A stretch of 63,094 nucleotides of DNA, the filler included, from Lenisia limosa (Eukaryota; Protista; Breviatea), in the NCBI GenBank assembly GCA_001655205.1. It is 10 parts of 10 records of this genome, joined end to end, with 100 filler letters (N's around TTAATTAATTAA, not from the genome) between each part and the next. Parts side by side here need not be neighbours in the genome. Positions count along the whole stretch, not along the records: positions 1 to 14,446 come from LPNZ01003660.1; positions 14,547 to 26,491 come from LPNZ01010444.1; 8 more parts are not named here. The stretch is one strand, 5' to 3'. The notes under the pieces were generated by a model, which saw nothing but the letters and a program-made list of their open reading frames with translations, did no database searches and had not been told where the DNA came from. Positions 11,501-24,846 of the stretch are shown piece after piece (the stretch's first letter is position 1; each line of letters opens with the position of its first letter). The translations under genes and the position numbers were made by a program.

Positions 11501-14446
11501 CTTTCCATTTATCCCCTCCCTTACCCCCAGGTTATTGTCACAATTTTGTCCGAACTTGCAGCCGGACCCGAGTCAATCAGGCCCGAAGCAGCAAAACTCT
11601 TATCTGAACTGTGGGGATCTCCTGGTTCTAGAGATCTAGTTTTGTTCAATGTTGATTACTCACCCCCCAGGAAAACGGGCAACTTTCCCGAAACAGCTGT
11701 TCTCGAGTTGAGGCGTGGTCTTCTCCATGGCTCCGAAGAGCTGAAGTATGCTAAAAGAGTTATTGGATCTGACAGTCTAGAGAGGCGTGCAGCCGTGCCA
11801 TGGCCAAACTTGGTATTCTCGATATGGTGCTCCTGACCCACCTCATCGCCTTGTCCACCCATGAGGATCCCAAGAAACGCACGCAGTCAGCTGAGTAGGC
11901 TGGGGCTTCAGTTCAGACACAGCTGACTTGGTATTTATCGAAATACAGGCTTTGTCTGATCGGAGTGAATAACCCGCAGTTTTCTCACGCTTTAGGCTTT
12001 TGGGCCAAATAGGCGGCCAGTGGCCAGTGATCCGCAACACAGTGCTTAGCCTCATCAACGACCCTTCCAGCCGAGTGAGAATTGCGGCGCTCGACAGTCT
12101 GGGTGGGCTATGGGTCCTGTTAGTTATAGTTACGATCGCGATTTTCAAATCATTAATTCCCTTTTTCTACGCTGGAGTGATGGGATGCGGTGCTGCAGAA
12201 GCGACTGGCCTCGGCTTTGTTTGTTTTGTTATTTCCAACTTCTTTGTTTCATAAATTTTCCAATTTTACTCCCTAATATTCCAATTTTACTCCCCCCCCC
12301 CCCCNNNNNNNNNNNNNNNNNNNNNNNNNNNNNNNNNNNNNNNNNNNNNNNNNNNNNNNNNNNNNNNNNNNNNNNNNNNNNNNNNNNNNNNNTTCCAAGA
12401 GTGGTCCCCGGGCGTGCGTAAGGCAGCAGCTGCAGCGGTTGCAAGACTAAGTCCGTTGGATGATCATATGATCGTATCTAACCATCTCTCTTGACTAGCC
12501 CGATCTGACCCCGCAGAGCTTGGACCACATATTATTGCGCTACTATTTGAACGTCTTCGAGATGAGGAGCCGACGGCCCGGGCTGGCGGACTACTGGTAA
12601 GGGGGGAGGGGACTGTAAGGGGTAGTGGTAGTGGTGTTGAGGAATGTGGTTTATTGAAGTGAAGAATTGGGGATGGGTGTCTGGTTTAACTGGCTTGTTT
12701 ATAATCATTTAGGCTATGGCAGCACTTGGCCTCTACGGAGAAAAGCCCCTAAATGCACTGAGTATGTCCGGCTCCCCCTTCTTTTGCTCAGGTTTTTGCA
12801 TGACCGTGTAGGCGAGCGTTTGGAAGACATTGACGGCAACTGCCGGGCAGAGGCGTGTAGAGCCGTAGCGGCTGTCATCGTCAAACTAAGTACGGGATAT
12901 TTGGCGAGGAGTATTCTCACATTATAGTCCCACCCGAAACAGATCGAAGGACCAACCTTGCTGACTCCAACGAACCTGCCTCAAACGTGGGCCTTAAAAA
13001 CCAATATTTTCATGAGCGTTTCGATATTTCGATATTTCACGAGTGTTTGTTTTGGCCGCATATGATTGAGCTCACCCCGCAGCATGTAATGCAGTCGCTT
13101 GAAGCACGTCTTGTTACAAGGGTCGTGCGGGCAGTCGAGGATGACGACCCCAAGGTACTTAACATGGGATAGAGGGTTGAGACGTAGTTCGTATCATAGT
13201 GGCAATGGTTGTCAGTTTCATATATCCGGCCCCAGGGATACCATGTCTTTCACCTCAAAGGTCCGAACGCAGGCGCTGCGGACGTTGCATAACTTGGCAG
13301 CTCGTCTCCGTAAACAGCATGGCAATGTTGACAGTGTCGAAAACTTATGCCCCTGTAGGGGTCCACTATTTGATGTGTCCTTACACCCCGTTATCTGATA
13401 CAATGCCCTATTTCTTTTGCGCTCTTGTTCTGAGATGCTTGGCCTGTTATGTATGATATGTCGACCGTTCCTTACTCAGTAGCCATGGTGGGAAGTGTGG
13501 AGGTTGCCGTAGCCGCCAGTGAAGATTCGGAGGCTCGTGTGCGTCTCGAGGCAGCGGCAACCCTCCTTAGTCTGTCGCAGTCAGACCAGGTGAGCCTCCA
13601 CTGCCAGAGACGATATTGTACTCACGCTGCAGCTGGTTATTGTGCTCAAGTCTATGACTCGGGATAGCAATGCGGATGTGGCAAGAATGGCCGGGCTTGT
13701 GTTGAAGGAAAACGGTCTGCTAAACTACTTCTTTATTCTTTTTCTCATGTCGTAGGCCTGAAGCTCCCTTCGGAAACTGTTGAAAATGAGTCGGTAGTTG
13801 CCTCCAGCCAGGCACTCCTTGAAGAAGTTGATGATCCTATACTTGGCAGGCCAAGTAAGTTTGGTAAAATCTCATGAATAAAAACCCTGTACAGATTCAA
13901 CGGAATTTCTCGATCCATCGCTACGCTTGAGTTCGACTTACTATACAGTCTCGTCATTGCTGCGGGATCTGAGTCATCGGTCAGCCGGCCGGCGGGCGTC
14001 CGCGTGTCTTGACCTTGCCGCGTCCGGAGCCACCCAAGAGTAAGCTCTATTGCTGGCATTTTGACACTCTGACCTGATTTTATTTTGGTCATCACAATCC
14101 ATAGATTAGCCCTTTGCCCATTTTCACCAATTAGTCACGTGCTCCACGCTATCACGCAAAGTGTACGTGACATTGACCAGCATGTCCAGGCATGTGCAGT
14201 GCGGGCTCTTTCGTCCGCAGCCATCTACAACCCTTCCGAAGTTTGAAATGGCTTAAAGATTTCATAGATATCGATATTTGACTGGTCATTTCGCCATATT
14301 GTACCAAGAGGCGCATTAGTCTGACATCACAGGCTGTGAGCGCCATAATGGCTATTGCACCGTCCAGTGGCTCTGTTGTCAAAAGGGAAGCTATCCGAGC
14401 CCTCAGTATCCTGGCACCGTCCGACAAGGACGTTGTGACTTTCTTC
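8526..14446 (+). CDS. HEAT/ARM-repeat protein with disordered N-terminus (3' end truncated by contig end)
   Basis: HEAT-like segments in 11270-14430: VIEALRGRLDDVSAVVRFRSASAL, TVLSLINDPSSRVRIAALDSLG, SPGVRKAAAAAVARL, LLFERLRDEEP, SEDSEARVRLEAAATLLSL. Apparent stops fall in short ctaac-containing introns. Joining of the 8526-10900 exons (gccATGG start) to the HEAT part is inferred. Confidence 0.65.
12171..12304 (+). mobile_element. Intronic ~150-bp repeat family (family A), copy in HEAT-gene intron
   Basis: gctggagtgatgggatgcggtgctgcagaagcgactggcc..gctttgtttgttttgtt...tttgtttcataaattttccaattttac + C-run; matches copies at 34526, 47723, 58018, 59640 and others. Confidence 0.85.
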
Positions 14447-14546
14447 NNNNNNNNNNNNNNNNNNNNNNNNNNNNNNNNNNNNNNNNNNNNTTAATTAATT
14501 AANNNNNNNNNNNNNNNNNNNNNNNNNNNNNNNNNNNNNNNNNNNN
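14447..14546. other. Artificial contig linker (44N-TTAATTAATTAA-44N)
   Basis: Exactly 100 bp; the palindrome puts stop codons in all six frames; recurs identically 9 times. Confidence 0.97.
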
Positions 14547-14700
14547 CAAGGCTCCAGGAATGTTCACCGAACCCTAAACACACCTGCAGTGCGACACGAA
14601 GCCAAAAAGCCTTGATGATGCTTGCGGGGGTAGAGTTCAATGCTGCAGTAGTAGTGGAACTGCGGCGTGATACAAGAGGGTTGTACATGAGATGTGGCCA
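14547..14700 (+). pseudogene. HEAT-like fragment with apparent 1-bp frameshift
   Basis: TPAVRHEAK, then after one extra A in the aaaaag run KALMMLAGVEF. Could be a homopolymer error or chance. Confidence 0.2.
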
Positions 14701-14735
14701 TATCAACAAGACAAAGAGAGAATCCTTCTTTTGTA

Positions 14736-14776
14736 TCTCAGTTGATTTTGGGTTTTGTTTCATCACCCCCCCCCCC
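14736..14776 (+). mobile_element. Family A partial copy (3' end + C-run)
   Basis: cagttgattttgggttttgtttcat + C-run before an N gap. Confidence 0.5.
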
Positions 14777-15030
14777 NNNNNNNNNNNNNNNNNNNNNNNN
14801 NNNNNNNNNNNNNNNNNNNNNNNNNNNNNNNNNNNNNNNNNNNNNNNNNNNNNNNNNNNNNNNNNNNNNNNNNNNNNNNNNNNNNNNNNNNNNNNNNNNN
14901 NNNNNNNNNNNNNNNNNNNNNNNNNNNNNNNNNNNNNNNNNNNNNNNNNNNNNNNNNNNNNNNNNNNGGGCAGAGGTCATAGAGTCGCAAACCTGAGAGG
15001 AGGGATAAATAAATACGAACCTGGGAAGAC

Positions 15031-15152
15031 GGGTAAATAAATATGGAAGTTTATGAAACAAAAAAAAAACTCTGTTGGCTAAGCATTTGAGTAATACACA
15101 AGAGTTAAAAACAACAAACAAAACAGAGGCCCAGTAGCTTCAGCAGCACACA
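15031..15152 (-). mobile_element. Family A diverged copy
   Basis: ggtaaa..ggaagtttatgaaacaaaaaaaaaactctgttgg...aacaacaaacaaaacagaggcccagtagcttcagcagcac is the reverse complement of family A. Confidence 0.75.
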
Positions 15153-15489
15153 TCGGTAAACAAATATTCATGAGCCAAAATTCCCTCCACACACCGTGAT
15201 ACCCCCCCCCCCCTACCATGACNNNNNNNNNNNNNNNNNNNNNNNNNNNNNNNNNNNNNNNNNNNNNNNNNNNNNNNNNNNNNNNNNNNNNNNNNNNNNN
15301 NNNNNNNNNNNNNNNNNNNNNNNNNNNNNNNNNNNNNNNNNNNNNNNNNNNNNNNNNNNNNNNNNNNNNNNNNNNNNNNNNNNNNNNNNNNNNNNNNNNN
15401 NNNNNNNNNNNNNNNNNNNNNNNNNNNNNNNNNNNNNNNNNNNNAACAAACGTGAATGAAATGCTTCTTTTGAAAGTTGCCCTCCTCCC

Positions 15490-15564
15490 CCCTCCCCTAT
15501 GTTCCTGGTGAGATACAATAAGGCGCCCCCTCCCCAATGTTCCTGGTGGGATACATTAAGGCGC
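15490..15564 (+). repeat. 38-bp tandem duplication containing a donor-like CTG|GTGAGA
   Basis: ccctcccctatgttcctggtgagatacaataaggcgc / ccctccccaatgttcctggtgggatacattaaggcgc. Confidence 0.85.
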
Positions 15565-16289
15565 GTTTTCTTTTATACCACCCCTCCACCTTTTTGATGA
15601 CAACACCAGAGGCGACATGGAGGTCTGAGGCGGGCCGGGGCTCATCAGGGNNNNNNNNNNNNNNNNNNNNNNNNNNNNNNNNNNNNNNNNNNNNNNNNNN
15701 NNNNNNNNNNNNNNNNNNNNNNNNNNNNNNNNNNNNNNNNNNNNNATTATTTAAATATTATCAACATATTAGATGACAAAGGAGATCAGAGATGAGGAAT
15801 CGAGGTGACAGTTTTTCAAGAGAGAGAAAAAACAGAAATAAGTACGGAATACAATATCGTGAGAGGACAAAAAGATGAAAAAAAAAACCTGGCATAAACA
15901 CATAGGAAATAGTTTTTGTTAAATGAGTCAGAGCAGGTTTTGTGACCTGATAAGCGGATATCATGTTGATGTCAGCAATCTTTATCGGTCTTAATTATAG
16001 CTCACATCTATCACAATATTATCCCATTTTTGGTGGGCACACCTGTTGTCCGGTTGCGGTGATGTCAGTTACGGTGTCGCGTGCGTAGGAGTAGCCCTAA
16101 ACGTGTTGGCAACACCAATGGGGTGGGAGGGGGGGTCGCGGAAATATCGATTTTATAAGCAATTTATGAGCAAAGCTATTTTTTGGAGGGACAGCAGGTA
16201 ATATATATGTCCTAATTTGTGTGTTGTGAAGCATAAAAACAAAGACAACAAGAGGCAATGACAAACAAAACAATTAATTGTTAACATCA

Positions 16290-17630
16290 TCTCATTACAG
16301 CATCAAAACTATCACCATTCCCATAAAACTTCTCAAATATTCATATTGAAGACTGTAAATAATCTTGTCTATTGGAGATGTTCGCACCACCCACCTGAGA
16401 GATTCTCTCCGAGACAGGCGAGTATGTAGCGTGGGAACGGCGTGAAACTGCACTGCGCGTGTATGCCGCGAGATTTCCCACCTTTGGCGTGAATAGCAGG
16501 AAGCAAAGCGCTTAAATCTGGAATAAAACTGACACTATATTTATCAGGACTGTCTCCCGCTGTTTAGCCTGGCGGAACTGAAGGTCACCCCCCCCCCTAC
16601 TTGATCATAAACATCTTGCAAAGACTCAGGCTTGGGGGATTTCTCGCGCTTATCTTCGGTATCGATTTTAGAGACCATTTCATGAGTAGAGTTGAGGAGA
16701 CTGTTGGAGGAGTCTACAACACTTTGGTAGGACCGCATTTTCGCCTAGAGAGCTTGGGTTATGCGGTTGACTGTTTTGTTGCGAAAGCAGAGACATATCA
16801 AAAAAATCAAACAGCTTTTTTGTGATCATTACACCCCCATCCCCTCATGTGTACGAAGTATATATGTATATATTGTGTTTTTTTCGCCCACCTCTGAGAT
16901 TTTGGCCTGAGTAGTCTCAGTAACGGATTTGACTCTCTCCTCAATCTCAGACTTGGTTTCTGCAACCTACAAGGTTATTCATCCGCCTGCCTCAAAAAAA
17001 ACACCAACGCGTACAACAAAAAAACACCAATACGTATCGAGAACAAGTAGCCCCCACCTTGGCAGCAGAAACCTCGACGACATTGGCTCCAGCTGCGTCA
17101 ACATACTGAATACCTTCGCAAAACTGCGGTATAAGGGGAGAAGTTTCGTGTGTAGACAAGTTGCAAAATTGCACAAAGGGAAGGAGAAAGAGTTGCCCCA
17201 TCCAAATGTGATATCACACGAGGATATTGAGCAGTGGAAAGAAAACTTATACATTAAAAAAGGTTTATCCTTGAAGCTATAAATGCAAAATCAGTTGGGG
17301 TTTTGAAAGACCTCTTAAACAAATGACGTCAGAGAGGGAAAAGGCAATGGGCTTCTTTTTGCAAAATCGAAAAAGTGATGAAGTGAGAAGTAAAAAGCAT
17401 CACCAAAAAGCGAAAAAGAGCAGGAGGTGGCTGAAGCGAGGACACTCACCTTCTTTGGGATAATGTACTCAGAAGCCACATCACACACCCATGAAGAAGT
17501 CTATAAAGATCACACCGCGTGTCAAATAAAGCTCTTACCTTTCCAAAAGAACTTTCGGAAGCCCAGTCTATCCAGCCCTTCAAGGGCTCTGGTGAAATCT
17601 GCTTTCCACTCTCAATTAACTTCGATCTAG
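16290..17630 (+). CDS. Hypothetical protein, possibly RAP/FASTK-like helical repeats
   Basis: Segments DCLPLFSLAELK and CVNILNTFAKLRYKG loosely resemble the 'F.PQEL.N.LWAFAKLG' repeats of RAP-domain proteins. Gene structure not resolved. Confidence 0.3.
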
Positions 17631-17997
17631 ACTTGCACATGGTGAAACTGTGGTTTCCTGTAGAATGAAATAAGGAAATCGGTCAGGTAAGATTGTGTAT
17701 TTGTCTTCTACCCTTCACTTGTTCTAATTTAATCTGCAATTTATTATTTATTGATTGTTTGAAAAAATAAAATTTGAGTATTTTTTTATTTTTTGGAAGA
17801 GGGTAGGATCGCAAGGATCGCTGACTTTAACCCACCAAACCTGCCTTATATGGTAAGTTCTTCTTTTGACAACTCGTGCCTTTTATTCACTTATCATATT
17901 GCCTTTAGCCAAGCCTTTCAGTAAAGCAGCCTTGTGATAGCCGTTTACACACAAGTTTCGGATAGCATTGCCATAGCTTTCTGGAAATTTCTACACG

Positions 17998-20900
17998 ATG
18001 AAGGCACCGTTTGTGCTTCTCTCCATCCTTTTATTATTCTCTTCAGTCCCTCAAGCTTTAGGTCGGTCTGGGTTGACTTATAGACTATTCCCCAAATCTT
18101 TTTCATTTCACAGTTTTTTGGTAACTGGATTTGTGTTTGTTTTCTTAAAGAACTTTGGTCTACTCTAATTCCTCTTAGCTAGTGCTTATCATTCATCCGG
18201 CGACGTCTCATTCTACTTTTTATACATACTCATATCACACGCAGGAACTCTATGTGATCCTGGCACTACTCGCTGTGGACTCGATTGTGTTTCCTTGGAC
18301 TCCTTTAACCATTGTGGAGAATGCTATAACCAGTGCAAACGTAGGAGATTGGTCATTTATTGAAGCTTTTTATTTCGCTTTTTTGATTATCACAGAACTT
18401 GAGCAGTGTGAAGACGGCAAATGTACTGGTAAGTCTGATTTCGGAAAATATTGAAGCTTATTTTGAATCTTATGGTACAGCTATTAAAGGCATCTGTGAC
18501 GATCGCAGCAAAACTAAGTAGGATAAGAGTTACCAGAACGTTTCAGTCAAACTCGTAAAGACGAGCATCCGATTCACCTTAGTTGAGATTCACAGTTTAG
18601 ATGCGGCCATGACTGTGTCAACATTCTAAAAGACTCCGAAAACTGTGGCACTTGTGGACATAAATGTGGTGGCAAAAAGTGCATTGATGGAGTTTGTGAA
18701 AGTAGGATTTGGATTGTTTTATGAGTTTTCACACAACAGAGTGCCCTGTTGGAGAAGACCGCTGCAGTTATGACACTGGCTTGTGTATTGACATCTTGAG
18801 TGACAGCAGAGACTGGTGGGTGCCTTATGAAACAATAGATTGATTTGAATCCGTCTCCAATTAACCTTTTAACAGCGGACGATGCTATTCACACTGCCCC
18901 TTCGGATCAATCTGTGTTAAAGGAGAATGTACAAGAGGTAGGCTTCAGTTAATTTTGTTTTTTGGGAACTGAAACATTGAAAACACTCAAAAGAATCACC
19001 TTTTCAGATTGTGAATACGGCTTTTCGAAATGTAAAGATAAGTGTGTTGATATTCTTGGCGATGAAGACAACTGTGGTGACTGCGGTGTTAAATGCGAAT
19101 CGGACCAAGTTTGTCTCAGAGGCATGTGCATCAAAAATGTAAGTGCATATTTGAGTTTTACGTGCACCATTACCATTTCAATTTTTGACACCCAGATTTG
19201 CCCCAAATATCATGAGTTATGCCAAGATGCCAAGACCTGCTGCGATACAAAGCTGAAACAAGAGTGCAAATACAATGAGACTACTGCATTCTGTGGATGC
19301 GAGGAGGACTACGTCGAATGCAACAATGAGTGCAGTAAACTGGGGGACCGTTTTGTTTTGGACAATCCACATGATTTCACATTCTAGTTCACGCCTCAAA
19401 GTTCCTTAAAGACAAGGAAAACTGTGGAAAATGTGGCGAGAAGTGTGAAGAGGGCTTTGACTGCAAAAATGGTGCCTGTGTTTGCAAAAAGCCACCATGT
19501 ACCAAATGTGAAGAAAACGAAATTCTTTGCAACGGAAAGTGCGTCTTGGTTGGTCGGGTTGTTACTTTGAATATTGGGGATTACTATACGAAGAATACCA
19601 CATCTTACTCCAACCATTGTTATTGCACCAGGTCTCCGAACGTAACTGCTTCAAATGTGGAAACAAATGTGGACGAAAATATTTCTGTAACACCGTAGAG
19701 AAGAAATGCTGTTTGCTTGGTTGCCAATACCTGTTGACATGAACTACATATTTATGCTCTAATTCAAACTCTAGCCCGCAAATGTGGTACATCACAGACG
19801 AGCTGCCCACTCAAGCCGTCCCTCTGCTGTAACAAGTGTGCCAATGTCAAATCACACCATATGATATTATATCCATATCATCTCAATTTTTCTTCACATT
19901 CCTGATAAGGTCCCGCTCAACTGTTGACCTTAATTCCTGGTATCAACGTTTACCTTCCTCCAGGAATTTCCAATGTGACAATGTCAATGACAAACCCACT
20001 TGTGTTTGCAAAAGCCCATATGTCAAGTGCGGGAAGAGCTGTGGTAAGATACATTTGATGATATCAATATGATATGATATGACATGATATGATATGATAT
20101 GTCAAAAAATTGAAATGAACAAGCCAAACGCTAAACTGGTAGTTGCACCTGAGGCCTTCCTAACATGGCCGCAAAACTGTGGCAAGTGTGGTGTGAAGTG
20201 CTCTTGGAACGAAAATTGTGTCAATGGAGAGTGTGTCAAAAAGGACAAGGTAAAGAGCTATTTCAACTGAAAAATTTGTTTTGAGTGAGATTAGGAGATT
20301 GACTTTCTAGGTGTGTGAGTCCAATGAAACCCTTTGTGAAGATAAGAAGACCTGTTGTGGAGACTCAACAGAATGTGTTAAGAAATCATGGGGCTACGCC
20401 TGCTCCTGCAAGAGCACATACTCTCGTTGTGACGGACAATGCGGTAGGTTATCTTCTATTGCTCACACTTTAGTCACCAAAGACTACTTCAAAGACAATG
20501 ATAAACACTGTGGCAAATGGTATGATATTCTCACAACTTGCATTTGTTAACATTATTAATTCTTCTTGTACGGAAATAACGTAATAGCAACTGGAGATGC
20601 AAGAGCGGGCAGAAATGCGAGGACTACAACTGTGTTTCCAAGTCCGAATGTGATGACGATGACCACCATCGCTGCAAATATGATAAGGACGTCTGCTGCC
20701 GTGATGACCAGACTTGTGTCACAGTGAGTGGGTGCAAACAGTCTTTACATTCAGCCTGTCATGGTAAATAGAGACTCACAATTTCAGGTGAATAAGAAGG
20801 TGACATGTCAGTGTCCCCGGCTCTCTCAGGAATGTCACGGAAAATGCCTTGCTGCTGAGGTATGGCTGAGTTTTTAGTTTGACCATTTTAGGAAACAATG

Positions 20901-23900
20901 AGTGACGAAAAGAACTGTGGAGCTTGCGGCCACGAGTGTGAAAAGGGAGAAGAATGCAAGGACGGTCAATGCAGTGAGGAAGGCTAATAACAAGTTAACC
21001 AAACCAAAACATACAAGAGTATACTTCAAATATTTAACTATTCAGTTTGTGTTAGCACTGAATGCGGATGCCCAAAGAACCACATTGCATGTGACGGCGA
21101 ATGTGTACCGGTGTGTTTCTAATACTTCGAGTAGCATTGTTTTGCTGATAACCTATCAAGATTGATAACAACAACTGTTTCGGCTGCGGTTCAAAGTGCC
21201 CCTCAGGGTCAACTTGCCATCTCAACTCTCAGCTGTGCTGTAGGCATAGACTTTTTAGCAGATCATCAAAGCAGAGAGTCAAAATTTATTCGATTTAGTA
21301 TGTGCGAACGATCGACCCGTTTGTGGTACTGAATGCTGCAAGGCTGGAGAGTCATGTCATGATGGCAGTAAGTGGCCTTTTTTACAATTTGTCCTCTTCG
21401 CCTTTGTGCCATTGTTGTTGTTATATTTACAAATTTAGAATGCAAGCGTACTACATGCGATGAAGGTTTCACCAGCTGCCCCCTTTTCGATAGTCCTGAC
21501 GGTATTTGCTGCGTTGAAAACACTGAGGTCGGTATGAAAACCATACAATGTCTCCTAAATCCTATACATTTCACATTCATAGACCTGTTCCTACAACAAA
21601 CTAAAGAAGGTTTACCAATGTGTTTGTACCAATGGAAGGACAAAGTTAGCCAGGATGCACTTGATCTTTACCAGATGTCTCATAACATCTACTAACTCTC
21701 CAGATGCCCAGATGGAACATGTGTGAACATCCTTTCTGATGAACACAATTGTGGCAAATGTGGACATAAATGCGACGAAGACAGTGCTTGTCATTATGGA
21801 ACTTGCAGTAAGGACAAGAATTGGACATTGAATCCTGACGTTGTAGTTCCCAACCCTATCTGTGCAGTTGATGAGAAACCTTGTGACGCTGACAGAACGA
21901 TTTGCTGTCGGAAAGACCAGATTTGCAAGGAAAACAATTACTTCAAGTGGAACTGGTAAACTCAATTTTTTTCGCTCCTCAGTTGCTTACTTCCTAGCCG
22001 ATGCCCTCACGGTCGTGTTGAGTGTGACAGCTCTTGCAAAAAGTGGTCCTATTTCAATGACCATGACAGCCACTGGTAAGACTTTCATATTATACACAAA
22101 TGTTGACAACACAGTGGAAAGTGTGGCCATGCATGTGGACCCCTCAGAGAATGTGTCAACAAGAAATGCGGTAGGCAAAAGGAAATTAAAAGGTTTTTGT
22201 CCACTCCATTGACGCTTTAGTCCCCAAGGGTCCTGGGAACTGCATCCCTATTGTGGTGGATGACAACAACATGAAAACTCGTGTACAACTTGATGAGTCT
22301 TCAAATCTCCAGGTTTGACGAGACTTATTATTTGTCTCTGACTATCCAGGGAGGACAACTTCATCTGCTTATCAAAACCAACATTATTCGGGACTCTGTG
22401 TTGGCCGGAATCGAAATCAATGACGTAAGCCCAATAGTATTCCACTTCACAATCGTAAAAAGTCCGAAATACATGTGATAACTCTAGGCTGGTGATTCGT
22501 CCCTATGTAACTTCCCCGGAACATTCTGGCAGGATCCAATTATCACCAAGAAGTGCGAGGTTAGTCTTCGCTACCTGTGTACTATGACCCTCACCATGCA
22601 GCACCACTATAGTTTTGAAATCAGCTTAGCAGCCTTGGATCAACACTGTGCGTTCACCAAGTCTGTCATCAAGACAATCACCAACTACCAAGGAACTGCC
22701 AGGGTCCATCAAAGGTGTGCCTCTTCTTCTCTTATCACCACATTAGGATTCAGCTTTCTGAGGGGATTGTCCGTGATGTCAAGACGGTGTTGAAGTACTT
22801 TATCTCTGTGCCAAACGAAATCACTGTCACTTCTGACCACGTAACAATTTCTGGCCCTGAGGGAATTGATACCACGGTATGAGGCTTTCTTGGAATATCT
22901 TGTAAGTATGCTGCACTATTTTTGTCACTTTTATGTCTGACTTTACAATTCAGACCTACTTGGTTCACAAGTCATGGAATAAGGACACACAGGATGGCCT
23001 TCTCAGATACAGAACTGAGGTAACCATAACAAGAGTGTTTTAATTCCCATAACTCACGCAATAGGTCAGAGACTCCAACTTGCAGCATGACGTTCTCTTC
23101 AGTTTTACTGGTATCAGCCACCCCCTTGGACTCACGGTCACTGTGGAGGAGGAGGGTAGCCAAAGACAAAACTGTGGAACGGGTGTGTTGGAATGTATTG
23201 TTCGGATGCGTGTCCAATGCAAACATCTTTAACACAAATAGGAAGAAATCTCCAAAAGCACTGTATTCAGTTCTGGAAGGTTACAATTGAACTCAATGTG
23301 AGCACAGAGTAACATCCCAGTAATTCAACGATCATTTCAATCAATCGTTGTGTTTGAAGACTCTTACCCCTGTAGAAGGAATGCAGTTTCACAGGCATGT
23401 ATAACCTGAAGTTTGAGGCGCGCTGCTTCTCAACAGGATGTAGCAGCCCAGGATCCATTATTCTTGAGAGCCAGATATATTCCGATGATACCATTTGCAA
23501 CGTGAGCCATGTCAGTGTCAATGTGCATCCTTATCGACGCTTACCTCCATTAGGAATTCACCATGCAAGTCAATGTTGACATGACACTCAGTACAAAGGG
23601 TGATGTCGCAGTCATCCAAAGGGACGAACGTGTCTCTTTCATCGCCAAGGCACATAGCGAAGATATTCAGGTTGTTCAAACGCTCAAATTCATGATTGCG
23701 ATTGTGATGCGCACTCTGATATTTTAGATTCAATCTATCACGCCTATTTCCATTGGGTTCAACCATGAAGAACACACTGTTTGCTGGGTGTATTGCCTCT
23801 ATCACATAACTCTCTATTGTCACAGACACGGTCGAAGTCAAAAGTTGACCATTCTAGCGCCTTCTCTTCCACAACAGCGCACCCACGACGCTGGCCAAGG

Positions 23901-24775
23901 TCAACGCCTGGACGTTGGACCTCAATTTACCCGGACCAACTGACCACATTGAGTTCTCTTTCGTGTGGGTGTCACATTGTTGTAAGCAAAATTGAACTGT
24001 CCAGTGTTACGGATTTAGGCTGTCCTTTGGTGACTCCAGCTTTGACCTGATCAAACCAAGCGCAAACGGCCAATTCAGCGTTGATGCCACTTTCAAGTTG
24101 GCCTTCTACTATATTGTGATAAAAAAGAATCTTCCACGAACAATAAAACTATTCCTTGGGCTGACCCTATTGATTATTATTATCCTACCACCTACTGAAA
24201 TTAACGCCATAGGCTTTCATACATTGGTATCAAGGAAACCAGGGTAAGAAGGAACATTTTGCTTTAACATGCTCTTTGCTTTAGCCTTGCAAATGATGTC
24301 ACTTACACTGCAGACTGCTACAGTCGATGACGTTACAATTGGCGAGAGAATGGAGCTTCTGTTTATTGATGACCTTCAGGTAAGCCTTTGTCGTTTTGGG
24401 CCGCTCACTGTGTAGTCCAATTGCGGCGATGACTGGGTCAACCCTTGCAAGGATAATAACGGTGGCTGCCACGTGGAGCCCTTCACGAAATGTACAGCTA
24501 TCGATTGTGAGGCCCATGTTGTCTGCCAGAGAGCTACTTCCGAGGCGAGCTGGGTTGCGTAACTAACCAACCCAACTTCATTTCTGACCCCACAGGATGA
24601 AGAGGAAGCTTCTGACAACACAACACTCATTGCAGTTGGCGGTGCGGGGGTGTTGGTCACTGCCGGCCTTGTTGCCATGGTGGTGAAAAAGAAGAACAAA
24701 GCACAGCCCACAGATGAGTATGGGCTACCAACAATCTAGCGATCTTTCTTCTCTATGTCCAGTAATGTACAATAG
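17998..24775 (+). CDS. Large type-I membrane protein: signal peptide, ~12 STIG1-like Cys-rich repeats, beta-rich ectodomain, EGF-like module, TM helix
   Basis: MKAPFVLLSILFIILFSPSSF signal; repeats such as CVNILKDSENCGTCGHKC, CVDILGDEDNCGDCGVKC, CVNILSDEHNCGKCGHKC; NPCKDNNGGCH; TM LIAVGGAGVLVTAGLVAMVV followed by KKKNK. Dozens of short introns. Confidence 0.88.
20060..20101. repeat. (ATATG)n microsatellite in intron
   Basis: gatatcaatatgatatgatatgacatgatatgatatgatat. Confidence 0.85.
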
Positions 24776-24846
24776 TTCCAATTCCAAAGAAAGATACCGA
24801 TGCCTTGTTCAATATACTCATAAATAATGCAACAAAAGACATAGCA

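Noticed and set aside
11270-14430. Stop-codon reassignment or pseudogenisation suggested by in-frame TGA/TAA/TAG in protein-like frames (also 1260-1560, 2950-3350)
   Set aside because: Stops fall inside short GT...CTAAC...AG introns, and removing these restores conserved motifs (e.g. IQAV|FRGFLARK, MQ|YRMHP).
14491-14502. TTAATTAATTAA palindrome as a biological motif
   Set aside because: Always centred in exactly 44+44 N, so it is an assembly linker.
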